64,000 nucleotides of DNA from Setoptus koraiensis (taxonomy: Eukaryota > Animalia > Arthropoda), in NCBI GenBank assembly GCA_048013815.1, contig CM106586.1, forward strand, positions 17,732,001-17,796,000, read 5' to 3'. Of the stretch, positions 15,731 through 31,379 are shown one piece after another. The notes under the pieces are model-generated. The model saw nothing but the letters and a program-made list of their open reading frames with translations. It did no database searches and had not been told where the DNA came from. The position numbers and the translations under genes are program-made. How positions within the stretch are numbered: position 1 is the stretch's first letter; every line of letters begins with the position of its first letter.

Positions 15731-15766
15731 GTTTATATAAACCGTGCGCGCCAGTGCTGTGCAGTG
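15731..15766 (+). promoter_or_regulatory. Candidate core promoter: palindromic TATA box GTTTATATAAAC with Inr-like GCAGT about 29 nt downstream
   Basis: TATATAAA at 15734-15741 and GCAGTG at 15761-15766, inside a GC-rich island. No protein-coding gene recognised downstream. Confidence 0.3.
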
Positions 15767-16379
15767 CGCTATAGGCTGCATTCACATTGAATAACAGCCA
15801 AATAATACAAATAAATAAATGTGCCAATTGAATGCCGGCAGCGGTTGGCGTTTGCGCCAGTACGCGCGAACGCGAACACGAGCACGCGTTCCGAGACGCC
15901 GCCACTAAACGACCAAAAGAACGCGTCACCCATGCCTGACATTGTCGGCCAGTGGAACCAGTAGGAACTAATAGAGAGGACACAAGCCAGCCGAGAGGCT
16001 TGGTTTCGGTTGTTGGCGCTGTGTGTTTGTGTGTCTTAATTGCGTGCATAAACTGGCCGAAAGCGAAACCAGCGAAAGCGAACGGGCAGGCGACGGGGCA
16101 ACGCGACGAACGAGAGAAGCGTTAAAAGGACATCATTAGTTGAGCTTGATTGGGCGCTCATTTTATTGATTGTTTATTGGTTTGTTACTTGCTGCCAATA
16201 GATTGTTAACACCAACATCGCCACCACTTTCGCGCATCCTATTCCCTCTTGCTGGCACCGCTCAATGCTGGTTGCTGTCGTGTGTCGTATCAATAAACGG
16301 TGCGACTCGAAAGAGAGCGATCATTCGAAATCGCCCCCAACAGCCGTCGATGTTGACCTTGCTTTTGGCCAGTCGCTGG

Positions 16380-16445
16380 ATCAGCGATGCCAGCCAAAGA
16401 GTGGGCCAATACTGATTCGCCGACTCTTTAGCTGGCATCGCTGAT
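16380..16445. ncRNA. Pre-miRNA-like hairpin (27-bp stem, 12-nt loop)
   Basis: ATCAGCGATGCCAGCCAAAGAGTGGGC / loop CAATACTGATTC / GCCGACTCTTTAGCTGGCATCGCTGAT; 25 of 27 stem positions are Watson-Crick paired. No known family recognised; strand unknown. Confidence 0.45.
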
Positions 16446-18938
16446 GAACTCGCATCGCATCTCAACGCGTCCCACAACTGGCCGTAACAACTTGTTGACA
16501 CACAAGGATGCTACAATCATTTGACTGCCCACATCACATCAACACAACGGAACATTGCAGCACCGGTACATAGGGCCAGTTATCTCAAACTGTTCGCTAT
16601 TGCCTGCCAGAGATATCTCATCATCTTCTCAATCTATTGTCTTTTGTGAAATTTATGATTTATAATGCTCTATTTACGACACTGCGCGAAGGGGATCCTG
16701 TTGCAATTGTTAAATTGTAAGCAACCTGTCGCTGCCGTTGATGGCGCTTGTTGTTTTAGCGCAAGCAGTCTGTGTATAGACAACAGGTTGCATTGTGTAT
16801 AATGGCCAAGCATAATAATGTTGCTGGTGGTGATCAATAAGAAAAGAATCGCCGTTATTTCGCTTGATTTTGACTCTCGGCTCCTCCTACTGTCGAAATC
16901 AATCTTAAATCTAGAAAGATAAAACATGCAAGAATAATAACGAGAAGAGAGGAATGCTTTTGGCCGCTACTGCTGCTGCTGCTGCCGCTGTCGAACGCAC
17001 ATAATGAAACATAAGTGAAAGAAGCAATCTCACTTGCTCTTTTGGCTGCTGCTTGCTTGTTGGCCTCTTTCCGATTGAAGATCGGACGAGAATCAACATC
17101 AGAATCCGCAACCCAATACATCCTCTTTCTCTCATGGTCCATGAATCGATGATGATCGATATAGAAGCGCTTTTTCCTTCTCTCGCACACACACACACAC
17201 ACACACACACTACAGCAAATCCAACAGGTGAGCTGCGCGTCAGTAAGTTCAATAAACTTACTTTGGACACACAAAACCAACTATTGGGCATGAAACGAAT
17301 CATATTCAAATTAATGCACACAGTGCGCCGATTGCAACTTGGCCAGCGATAGCCATAGTTTGGCTTTGCAATAACAACTTTTTCATTTCAACAATAATCG
17401 ATAGAAACGATATAAATCACGCAAAGATCAACCGGTAGTGGTAGGCAATTATTGATTAGCATACGCATCTAGTGTATAGCGCAGTGAAACCGCAATTATC
17501 ATTTTCTTTTATAGGTCATCGGACATAATCGCTAATCTAGCCAGCTATGAAAATCTAGAATTGAGCCCAGATGTGGCTTAGATTTTCATGGCAATATCGA
17601 ATCAATGAGGCAACTGCAACTCGTTTGATTCGACCAAGCTGACTCGAGCTGAGACAAACGAATAATGAGGCGACATTGTTTGGATGGTGGTCAACTTGAT
17701 CAACTCATCTCATGCGGCCTGGACTACGTTGGCCAAGATCAAACTCGATCGAATCGATTAGAGTGAGCGTTCGCTGGTTGACTAGACCGTCATAACTATT
17801 GAGGGCGAGACGATTCAATTCTTGTTTGCTGTTTAACTCGATCGGACGCTAAATTCACTGATAGTATCTCTGGCTCTTTCTTCGAGTGCTGCGATAATCA
17901 TGTGCCCGATCGACTTAATTGCCAATTAAACGTGATGGTTATCGAGAAATGTCGGCTAATGATGTATTGTACTGTGTCAGTATTATTACAACTTGGCTGC
18001 ATAACATTTTGAGATATTGATTGCTTGCACAGAGGATGAGTACAAACAGACAAATGTCGATCAATAGCGATAGAAAATTTGCATCAGGTTGCAGTGATCG
18101 CTCAACTTGTAACACTGAAGTACCCATCAATAATGGTGGGGACCGTTAGTGTAGTGCTCCACATTGAGCTCCTCCCACTATCAAACAAATCATTCTGTAG
18201 CATAGCTTACAAATTAGATTGATGGAATAAGAGATTGATTCCACTTGCCGTTGCCAGCGTTCCTCGGGCGCGTATTTTATATCGCTATATATACATCGAG
18301 CCACTGTAGTGCAAGCAATCGATCAGCTGCTGTGGCATACTTCACCGATACATATTGGTTGGCTGACCAACGATTGACCAGAGATCACGGGACGAGTCAT
18401 CAGTCAGAGCAGACTAATTGGTGTCCGTTATAATGGTTGCTGTGTCGCGTCAGATTATATTGTTGTTGACACGCATTGAGCGGGCACTTTATCTCTGGTT
18501 GGTCAAGGTGAAAGCATCAACGTTTTGCTTAGATTGAGCTGTCCAAACAGCTCGTGGTGTTTTATTTACATGTCGCACATCTCAGGCACCTTTACGACTT
18601 ATTGACTGCTAACAATGCAGGCAGCACACTCATATCACTTGAACACCGGTGGACAGAAAGAAAGAAAGAGAACCACTGGAAACGTCCCATTTTGTGGCTA
18701 ATGGAGTGAGCGACGAATGACAGTCTGTGGAGGCTTGGTTTTGGTCGATGTCCCTGTTGATAAAGCCGTTTGTCATATGTCAGATTTATAGTGAAAAGAG
18801 CGAAATAAACGGCGGACAGAAATAAAGAGGCAGCTTTATCATTATTATTTGCTTGATTGGCGCTTGAACTGCTTGTTTATTGATTGTTCTAGCTTAATTG
18901 GTTTAATAAAATCATTGGTAGAGTTGTTGTTTTATTAG

Positions 18939-23395
<4,457 letters not shown>

Positions 23396-23606
23396 AATTT
23401 CAGATTGCTAATTAATATTAAATTAAATGTCTAAATGTTTGACTTAATGTTTGTCGACTGTGATGAGATACTACTTCCTGTGCTGTTTCGATCGGATGGC
23501 CGATGTATGAGGAGAGTTCCTTAGGGTTTGCTTGACAGATTAAAAATGAATTCTTGCGGACAGTGGCGAGAGAATATCGTCGAACTTTGAGAGTCAACTT
23601 TTTCGG

Positions 23607-23616
23607 GCGCATGCGC
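23607..23616. promoter_or_regulatory. NRF1/Ewg-type palindrome GCGCATGCGC in the divergent KLF / RME-8 intergenic region
   Basis: Exact match to the known NRF1 core; a partial second copy lies at about 23701. Motif evidence only. Confidence 0.3.
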
Positions 23617-24325
23617 AAAGTTTGTAATTAGTTTAAACATCAGAAGGGCAGTCAATCATTATAGATGAGAAGAAGCCTTGCAAGTCGAGTTAGAATAGCG
23701 TCGCATGCGCCGCTAAAGTTGCTGGCCACCACTTGTTGTTTGTGAGCAAGGAGTTGCGCGCGCCACCTGCCGCCCGGACAACTAAACAGCTTTCAAAAGA
23801 GTGCACACGATTACATTGGGCGGCTACATGCAGCGCATGAACACAGTTGCATGAAGCAACAACAGTGGCGATTGTGTGTGCTCACTCGATCACACTGTTG
23901 TATAATGCTCAAAGTTCGCTGCCGTGCACTGCCAATAATGCAGTCTGCTATCGAATTCCTATGCAAGCGCATGACCAACAATTGTAGCAGCACACACAGA
24001 GAACCATGACACATTAGCAAAAACAGCCCATATGATCGAGCGAGCCGGGAGGGAGTAATTCGGCGAGCGTTGATTTGCATGGACGCTCACATTCGAATTA
24101 TCACCGTTATCATTGCTATTATTATCATTTGTTTCATTTACCATCGTATCCAATTCGTCACTATTACTATCTCTACTTATTGCTATTCGAATTCACATCT
24201 AGCCACTGCTTATTATTATCCAATCAATTAATATTGAGATCAGCGCCCGTCACATTGAATAAATTGGAAAAGCTGGCAGTCCCAATATTATCAGCAGCAA
24301 TATTCTAATAAGCGCTCGGGCAAGC

Positions 24326-27300
24326 ATGGACAACCAGCAGAATCGCTACATCAGTAGCTTCATTGTTGTCAAACACTCTTGGAAGGGTCGATACACCAGG
24401 GTATTGTCCATTGGAACAAGTCAGTTGTGTACGTTTGATCCGAAAAATCTTAGGCCAACCAATTGTTGGCTGTATAACGAGGTAGTGGATGTGGCACCAC
24501 TATTGCGCGACAATCCAAACAATTTGCCACCAACTATGACGACTGGCGTCAGTGAATTGTTCAAGTTGGTTGTATTTAAGAAAAAGTCCAACTCTACTGA
24601 GGTGCTGAAATTCTCATCAGATCACCGCAGTGACATACTATGTGATCTATTACAATTTAGAAGCAGATTTGCCTCTACGTCGATATCAAAATCTGTCAAT
24701 CAAACAAGATGTAGAACTGTGCAATATGAATGTAGAAAATTCCATTGGTCCAGGCACGAAATTCCAATTTATTTACAGTTGACCAGCAACAGTATTAATC
24801 AAATTGATCATTCAGGATACTTTATAAGCCCATTCTATTACAAAGACATCGAACAGATAGACCATGTTGCTAATATTCCTGGAGCGTTTGTAATTGTTAC
24901 AAGCGGATTTGGAAGACTTCATATGTTTCGCGTATTGTCTAAAGCAAATCAAGAATCAGCTAACAAGCAACTTATCAACATCGCCGAATCAACATCCAGC
25001 GAACTAGACACTTGTAAGCAAGATCTTATTAACACATTAATTGATTATGCATACAACAATTGTGGCGTTGTCATCAATGTTAAAAAGGATCCCATTGAAA
25101 CTGAACAATTTGCCATGAAGAAATTCGGCTCTAGATATAGTGATGACGAGGCAATGACATCTTTGCATGAATTTACCGTTTACAAAATTTCCAATAGGCA
25201 CCAGCACAGACCAGTTAGACGTATATTATGCCTCACTAACCTGTGCCTGGTTGAACGCGACCCGGAAACTTATCAAGCTGTCACAGTAAAGCCATTGAGT
25301 GAAATTTTCGCTCTTATTAGGTCCAGCGAAGATCCACAATTATTCATGATTGAATTCTCATTTCGGGGACTTATACTCTCCTATACAACCACCGAAAGGG
25401 ACTCCCTCATGGCATCTCTAGTCGATAGTGTTAGAGCATTCGGTAACATAGATGTTCATGTTAAAATGACGCCTACAAATAGAGGATGGCGTTGTGGACC
25501 TTTGAACATGCCTGTTGATGATGAAATCGAACGATGCCATTTAAAAGCGTTCCAAACATTACCCCTTGGATGGTCGTTCATGGATGCTGTATACAGATTT
25601 AATGCTAATTGTCCATACAGTGGTCTGACTCACACTGTGCCACAAGATACCAAACTCTTCTCTGAAAACAAAGCCAAATTAATTGAATTAGCTCTAATGT
25701 CATTCGTAGATCAGTCAGAGGGAGGGTGTATTGCCATGGACGAAGGCGCAACCAGTGGCCCAGTTAAACCATCGGATATAGAGCAATTGTTCCAAGCTAT
25801 AAGAAGATTGGTTGCTTCAAAGGCCGGATTCGCTTTATTCAATCAAAGTGACAGGTTCAGATCATATTTAGGACGAAGTATTGTGCAAACCATAAAACTA
25901 AATAATGATGCAATAACACATGCAGGCATCGACACTTTATGTGCTTTGATGCAACCCATGCACTTAGATTGTGATATTAGACACGAACAACTTAATAAGA
26001 GCTCTCTTCTAGCTTCTAAGCCATTCTTGGAAAGCCTCATGGAAGTACTCAGACTGCACATAAATCGCGGAACAGGCGCACTAGTCGTCGCATCTATGCT
26101 GGATTTCCTAACTTTTGCCTTATGTGCGCCTTATAGCGAAACCACTGAAAGTGGTTGTTTTGATAATTTACTTAATATGGTCGCCATACATGGGAGAGAT
26201 ATATTCAAACTTTTTCAACATCCTTCTCTGGCCATCGTCAAAGGCGCAGGTTTGGTCATTAAAGCTATAATAGAGGAAGGTGAACAGAATGTATCTAAGA
26301 GGATGCAAGAATTAGCTTTGGCCGAAGGGGCTTTAATCAAACACCTACAGATCGGTTTATTCTCTCAGTGCAGCAACGGTAGAACATTGGGTGTACAATT
26401 TTTATCTCGTCATCTGGTCGGCTTATGGTCGACCGGAAATGAAGAGACTCAAGCACTATTCAGGAGAATATTTCCCCTAGGTCTTTTGAATTATCTTGAT
26501 TCAACTGAAGCGCCGCCCCAGAAGATGTGTGGACTGACCTCACGAGATAATCTCAAGTTAGCAACGCAATCATCAATGGGACAAGTTAACGTAGTTACTA
26601 ATAAATTGAATGCCATTAGAGACATTCATCCATCAGTAAGGGTCGTGGAGCGTCAAATCGAAAGTGCCATAGTGCATTGGCGAGAACAAATAGGTATTCC
26701 GAAAAGGGATGAAAAGACGCCTGTTAGGCCTGTTGTGCTTCGACGGAGACGTGAGAGAGTCAAAGTTGCAACCAACTGGGATATGTTTTACTATCAATTT
26801 TTTCAGGATCATTCCAAGCCAGACCTAATCTGGAACTTAAGAACAAGAGAAGAATTGAAAAATGTAATAGAAAATGAACTCAGACTCTTCAAAACCGATC
26901 GCGAACTTGCCTCAAACCAGGCATTAATTTCATGGAATTATCACGAGTTCGAAGTCACTTATCAATCATTGATGGATGAAGTAAAGATTGGTGACTACTT
27001 TTTGCGACTATTACTAGAAGACTCTGAAAACTTGATGAACAAGATTCAGATACGAAGTCCGTTCCACTTTTTGAGTGATCTTTATCATAGATTTCTATTG
27101 AGCAAAAGAATTGACATGCGATGCATTTGTCTGCAAGCGATGGCAATAGTCTACGGTAGTTACTTGACTGAAATAGGGCAATTCAGCGACGTAAAATTTA
27201 TTGTTTCCATGCTCAAGGATTGTCAGCATCGTTTAGAACGCGATCGCCTTCTACTCCTCATTGAAAAGCTTATATTACAGAAAGACAACGCCAAAGATTT

Positions 27301-30300
27301 CATCGATGCCAATGGCGTGAGGGTTATCGTGGATATGATTACTTTGGCTCACTTGCATACTCAAAGAGCCTTCGTTCCGACCCAAACCAATGTAATAGAA
27401 GCATCGTCCGAGATGTTGGCTGCAGCTGCTTCAAAAGAATGGTTTTACAGTGACGACGAAGAGTTGAGCGCCTCCGAACACCCAAATGAAGAAAGTGAGT
27501 CTGAAACTAACGATAAGAAAAAGCATAATGGACCATACACGTTTCTAGATATTGAGGAGTTTTGGAAATCAGGAAAAATAAACCAATCGACTAAATTGTG
27601 GGCCCAGGGAATGGACGGTTGGAGGCTTGTGGCTGATATTCCACAACTGAAATGGAAGCTGCTCGCGGTGGGAGATTCTGTTATGAATGGAAGTGAGCTG
27701 GCTATTTGCATGCTCAACATCTTGATAAAATTGTGTGAGTATTATCCAAGTTATGACCTGGATGGAGCAATCATCAGACCATTTCCCAAAGTGAAGAAAT
27801 ATCTTTCGGACTCAACCTGTTTGCCTCATATAGTGCAACTGCTATTAACATTTGACCCAGTGATTGTAGAGAGGGTAGCGAACTTGATGACTATGGTGTC
27901 CGAAGAGAATCCAATTCTCAGCCAGCTGTATAGATCTGGAATTTTCTTCTTCATTCTTATGTATACTGGGTCCAATTTGATTCCAATAGGCAGGCTACTT
28001 CACCTCATCCACTTGACACAAGCATTCCGATTTGAAGACAACAGTAACCAGAAACCTCGAAGTTTTCTATCATACTTATTGCCTGAAGCTATGGTGTGTT
28101 ACTTGGAGAACTATGGGCCTGAGAAGTTTGCTCAGATCTTCTTGGGAGAATTCGATACTCCAGAAGCCATTTGGAATGGGGAAATGCGAAGAACCATGAT
28201 CGAACGAATCGCTTGTCACGTGGCAGACTTTACTTGTCGTCTTCAATCTAACAATAGAGCTACTTATGAGTACTGCCCCATCGCTCCAATCAATTATGCT
28301 CCGCTAGAAAATGAATTATTTGTGAATATTTACTACCTTCGTAATTTATGCAATACTGAAAAGTTTCCCAAATGGCCTATAAGGAATCCTGTCAATCTAT
28401 TGAAATCTTTGCTAGATGCATGGAAAGAAGAAGCTGATAGAAAACCCTCGAGCTTTTCTATAGAAGATGCTCTAAGAGTACTAGAGTTAGATCCCACTAA
28501 GTATGAACACCCCGAGGACTTGGATGAAAATACTATTCGAGTGTCATACTTTAAGCTTGCTAAAAAATATCACCCGGACAAGAATCCTGAAGGACGGCAT
28601 AAATTTGAGGAGATAAACAAATCATACGAATATTTGTCGAGTAAACAAGCGAGAGAAAAAGCTGCTGGACTCAATCCGAAGAACATGATACTAATCTTCA
28701 AAGCTCAAAGCATTCTGTTTGGCCAATGCAATGACGAGTTGCATCCATACAAATATTCAGGCTATCCTATGCTGATCAAAACAATCAAGAGCGAAATAGA
28801 AGATGATCGATTGTTCAGCAAACCCGATCCTCTATTGGCCTATGCTTGCGAAACAGCATATTACACTTTCAGGTGCTCCAATAAGAATGCCGAGGAGTTA
28901 AGGCGCGAAGGTGGTCTGGAGACGCTACAGCAAGCGCTATCTAGGTGCGCCTCAGTTTTGTCGGCTTCGTCTCAACCCGATGATGTTTGTGTGCAGATGT
29001 GTACTCATATAGTTAATTGTTTCACGGTCGCTGCAGAATTCGAGGCATGTCAGCAAAAACTTGGAGAGATGACAGGTATCATTCGCGATCTCAACAGAAT
29101 ACTTTATTATGGTCAATTACTTCAACTTTGTCTTGCAGCATCGGAATGTTTAGCTGCGTTCGCATCCTGCGCGCCTCTTCATGAACAAATCTACCAATCA
29201 GGTGTTTTGTTTAGTCTGATGTTGTTCCTGTTCAAATACGATTATACATTGGAAGAGGGAGGAGTTGACCGTAACGAAGGTCATAATAAGCAAGAGCTAA
29301 CCAACCAACTTGCCAAAACTAGCTTGAGGGCTTGTGCTCAGTTGAATGAAAAATGTCCTAAACTCTTCAAATCACCTACAGAGTCACTGCTCACAGTTTA
29401 TTTGGCCAAGCTTATGACCGTAAAAGATTCTGAGCTCCACGAGATACTCAAGACCTTGAACAGTAATGTTGAGATACCATATCTGATTTGGAACAATGCT
29501 ACAAGGGCCGAGCTGATCGATTATTTAGGATCTCAACAACGTGAGATCGTCCGTAGTGGCGAGTGCCCGGACACATCTTACGGTACAGATTTCGTATTTT
29601 CTAGTCATAAAGATGAACTCTTTGTTGGTGACGTGTTTATCCGCGTTTACAACCAGCAACCCTCATATCCTCTCGTCAACGCCTCACAATTTGTGCAATC
29701 GCTTTTGAATTATATCGGCACTAAGGCACAATACATCCATTCAGCCTTGTCGCTATCAGATGAAAAGTTATCCAACACTTCATTCGAAAATGTTCAGGAC
29801 TGTCTACAAGCTCTATCGCTTGCGATTAAATTCAATGCTGGAATTGAGGCAAAATGTATTGGACACTTCAAATTACTATTTAGTTTACTTAAGATCAATC
29901 AACTACCAAGTGTTCAAGATACCGCTTTGAATGTTATCCAGAATATCACCGGCAATCATGACTGTGTAGCTGATGTGGCAAACTCGGAAGTAATAGTTTA
30001 TCTTCTCATGGTACTATATTCTAGTCGTTCAATACCTTCCAATATAACGCCAACAGCAAGTCCGACAAAACAACAATCAAGTCACATACAAGAACAAAGG
30101 TCTCAAGCAAACAATAATGAGCCCGTCAATAGAACAATGATCGTTCTGGATACACTACTTCCACTAATGTCTAACGCAAAACTCGTCAAAGAAGCGATAA
30201 TGAAAGGTGGACTCGTCTACTTGATAGATCTTTTCTGTAACTCGACGGATTCTTCTATCAGAGTTAAAAGTGCTGAGCTCATTTCGAGAATAACTTATGA

Positions 30301-31354
30301 TAGACTTTCAGGATTCCAAGCCTGCTTGATTTTGAATCGATTTTTGCCGATGATATTTGTAGATGCTATGAAAGATTCCACTCGGGATGCGGTAAACTTA
30401 TTCGACAACAATCAAGAAAATCCTGAACTCATGTGGAATAGCTCTATTAGAGATCACGTATGTAAAAATACCTGCCGTCTCGCTCAAGAGATCTACGACT
30501 CACAGATGCAGGATCCCGCCTACTCCTGGCAAGTTCCCGATGATTTTAATCTAATTCAGTCCTCCAACAAAGACGAGATCATAGTAGCTGGTGTCTATCT
30601 AAGACTTTTTAATCAAAATCCTGGTTGGGTTCTTAGGAAACCCAAAGAGTTTTTGACCGAGCTGATGAATAGATTCCAAACCCTCATCAAAACGCCAACA
30701 TTCGAGTCTAGCGAAATGGAAGTAGTCAGTACGGCTTTAAAAAACCTCTTAGTCGCTCAACCTTCTCTACTGGATTTCATACCTGCAATGGGGCATATCC
30801 ACAGCATCATAAGTGCCATCTACTCTAAGAGCAATCGCGATGAAAATATATCCACTTCCTGTCTAGCAATCATAAGTGAAATGTGTAGTTCTCGCTCATG
30901 TGTTGACAATATGAGTTCGCACGATTCATTGCTGACTGAAATTAGGGGGGCGACTACCGCCTATCCAGACACCATAGGCATTGCTATTTACGCACTCAGA
31001 AAAATGTACGAATTTGCATCACTGAACGATCGTATAGTCCAACAGGCATTGGAATCAGATTTCATTACATTCCTACTAAAATTGTTAGAGTCGAACCAGT
31101 CGGCACAAACACGAGCACTCATAGTCAAAACTCTCAAATCAATGACCACAAACTATATATATGGACAACAAGTAGAGACAATATTGAGCAAATCCAAAAT
31201 ATGGGTGGACTACAGCGATCAGCGTCACGACCTTTTTATTTCAAATGAACCTTCAATTGCAGCTATTCAAGGACCATCGGCTAATGTGGCAGGTTATCTG
31301 ACCGGCACCACGCGAGATGGACCTGCTGAACCCCCTCCGATAAACAAGTATTAA
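24326..31354 (+). CDS. DNAJC13: RME-8 / DnaJ homolog subfamily C member 13, single exon, 2342 aa
   Basis: N-terminus 'FIVVKHSWKGRYTRVLSIG', IWN-repeat-like segments ('LIWNLRTREEL', 'AIWNGEMR', 'LIWNNATRAEL'), GYF_2-like 'GPYTFLDIEEFWKSGKINQSTKLWAQGMDGW', J-domain 'YFKLAKKYHPDKNPEGR'. Confidence 0.96.
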   Translation: MDNQQNRYISSFIVVKHSWKGRYTRVLSIGTSQLCTFDPKNLRPTNCWLYNEVVDVAPLLRDNPNNLPPTMTTGVSELFKLVVFKKKSNSTEVLKFSSDHRSDILCDLLQFRSRFASTSISKSVNQTRCRTVQYECRKFHWSRHEIPIYLQLTSNSINQIDHSGYFISPFYYKDIEQIDHVANIPGAFVIVTSGFGRLHMFRVLSKANQESANKQLINIAESTSSELDTCKQDLINTLIDYAYNNCGVVINVKKDPIETEQFAMKKFGSRYSDDEAMTSLHEFTVYKISNRHQHRPVRRILCLTNLCLVERDPETYQAVTVKPLSEIFALIRSSEDPQLFMIEFSFRGLILSYTTTERDSLMASLVDSVRAFGNIDVHVKMTPTNRGWRCGPLNMPVDDEIERCHLKAFQTLPLGWSFMDAVYRFNANCPYSGLTHTVPQDTKLFSENKAKLIELALMSFVDQSEGGCIAMDEGATSGPVKPSDIEQLFQAIRRLVASKAGFALFNQSDRFRSYLGRSIVQTIKLNNDAITHAGIDTLCALMQPMHLDCDIRHEQLNKSSLLASKPFLESLMEVLRLHINRGTGALVVASMLDFLTFALCAPYSETTESGCFDNLLNMVAIHGRDIFKLFQHPSLAIVKGAGLVIKAIIEEGEQNVSKRMQELALAEGALIKHLQIGLFSQCSNGRTLGVQFLSRHLVGLWSTGNEETQALFRRIFPLGLLNYLDSTEAPPQKMCGLTSRDNLKLATQSSMGQVNVVTNKLNAIRDIHPSVRVVERQIESAIVHWREQIGIPKRDEKTPVRPVVLRRRRERVKVATNWDMFYYQFFQDHSKPDLIWNLRTREELKNVIENELRLFKTDRELASNQALISWNYHEFEVTYQSLMDEVKIGDYFLRLLLEDSENLMNKIQIRSPFHFLSDLYHRFLLSKRIDMRCICLQAMAIVYGSYLTEIGQFSDVKFIVSMLKDCQHRLERDRLLLLIEKLILQKDNAKDFIDANGVRVIVDMITLAHLHTQRAFVPTQTNVIEASSEMLAAAASKEWFYSDDEELSASEHPNEESESETNDKKKHNGPYTFLDIEEFWKSGKINQSTKLWAQGMDGWRLVADIPQLKWKLLAVGDSVMNGSELAICMLNILIKLCEYYPSYDLDGAIIRPFPKVKKYLSDSTCLPHIVQLLLTFDPVIVERVANLMTMVSEENPILSQLYRSGIFFFILMYTGSNLIPIGRLLHLIHLTQAFRFEDNSNQKPRSFLSYLLPEAMVCYLENYGPEKFAQIFLGEFDTPEAIWNGEMRRTMIERIACHVADFTCRLQSNNRATYEYCPIAPINYAPLENELFVNIYYLRNLCNTEKFPKWPIRNPVNLLKSLLDAWKEEADRKPSSFSIEDALRVLELDPTKYEHPEDLDENTIRVSYFKLAKKYHPDKNPEGRHKFEEINKSYEYLSSKQAREKAAGLNPKNMILIFKAQSILFGQCNDELHPYKYSGYPMLIKTIKSEIEDDRLFSKPDPLLAYACETAYYTFRCSNKNAEELRREGGLETLQQALSRCASVLSASSQPDDVCVQMCTHIVNCFTVAAEFEACQQKLGEMTGIIRDLNRILYYGQLLQLCLAASECLAAFASCAPLHEQIYQSGVLFSLMLFLFKYDYTLEEGGVDRNEGHNKQELTNQLAKTSLRACAQLNEKCPKLFKSPTESLLTVYLAKLMTVKDSELHEILKTLNSNVEIPYLIWNNATRAELIDYLGSQQREIVRSGECPDTSYGTDFVFSSHKDELFVGDVFIRVYNQQPSYPLVNASQFVQSLLNYIGTKAQYIHSALSLSDEKLSNTSFENVQDCLQALSLAIKFNAGIEAKCIGHFKLLFSLLKINQLPSVQDTALNVIQNITGNHDCVADVANSEVIVYLLMVLYSSRSIPSNITPTASPTKQQSSHIQEQRSQANNNEPVNRTMIVLDTLLPLMSNAKLVKEAIMKGGLVYLIDLFCNSTDSSIRVKSAELISRITYDRLSGFQACLILNRFLPMIFVDAMKDSTRDAVNLFDNNQENPELMWNSSIRDHVCKNTCRLAQEIYDSQMQDPAYSWQVPDDFNLIQSSNKDEIIVAGVYLRLFNQNPGWVLRKPKEFLTELMNRFQTLIKTPTFESSEMEVVSTALKNLLVAQPSLLDFIPAMGHIHSIISAIYSKSNRDENISTSCLAIISEMCSSRSCVDNMSSHDSLLTEIRGATTAYPDTIGIAIYALRKMYEFASLNDRIVQQALESDFITFLLKLLESNQSAQTRALIVKTLKSMTTNYIYGQQVETILSKSKIWVDYSDQRHDLFISNEPSIAAIQGPSANVAGYLTGTTRDGPAEPPPINKY

Positions 31355-31379
31355 TGGTTCTGAATCAAATCAGTATTAT

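Noticed and set aside
14880-16420. Possible tarsal-less/mille-pattes smORF peptides (LDPTGxY)
   Set aside because: Only partial look-alikes (STGHY, RVGQY, LDQSGL); no true motif found in the frames I read.
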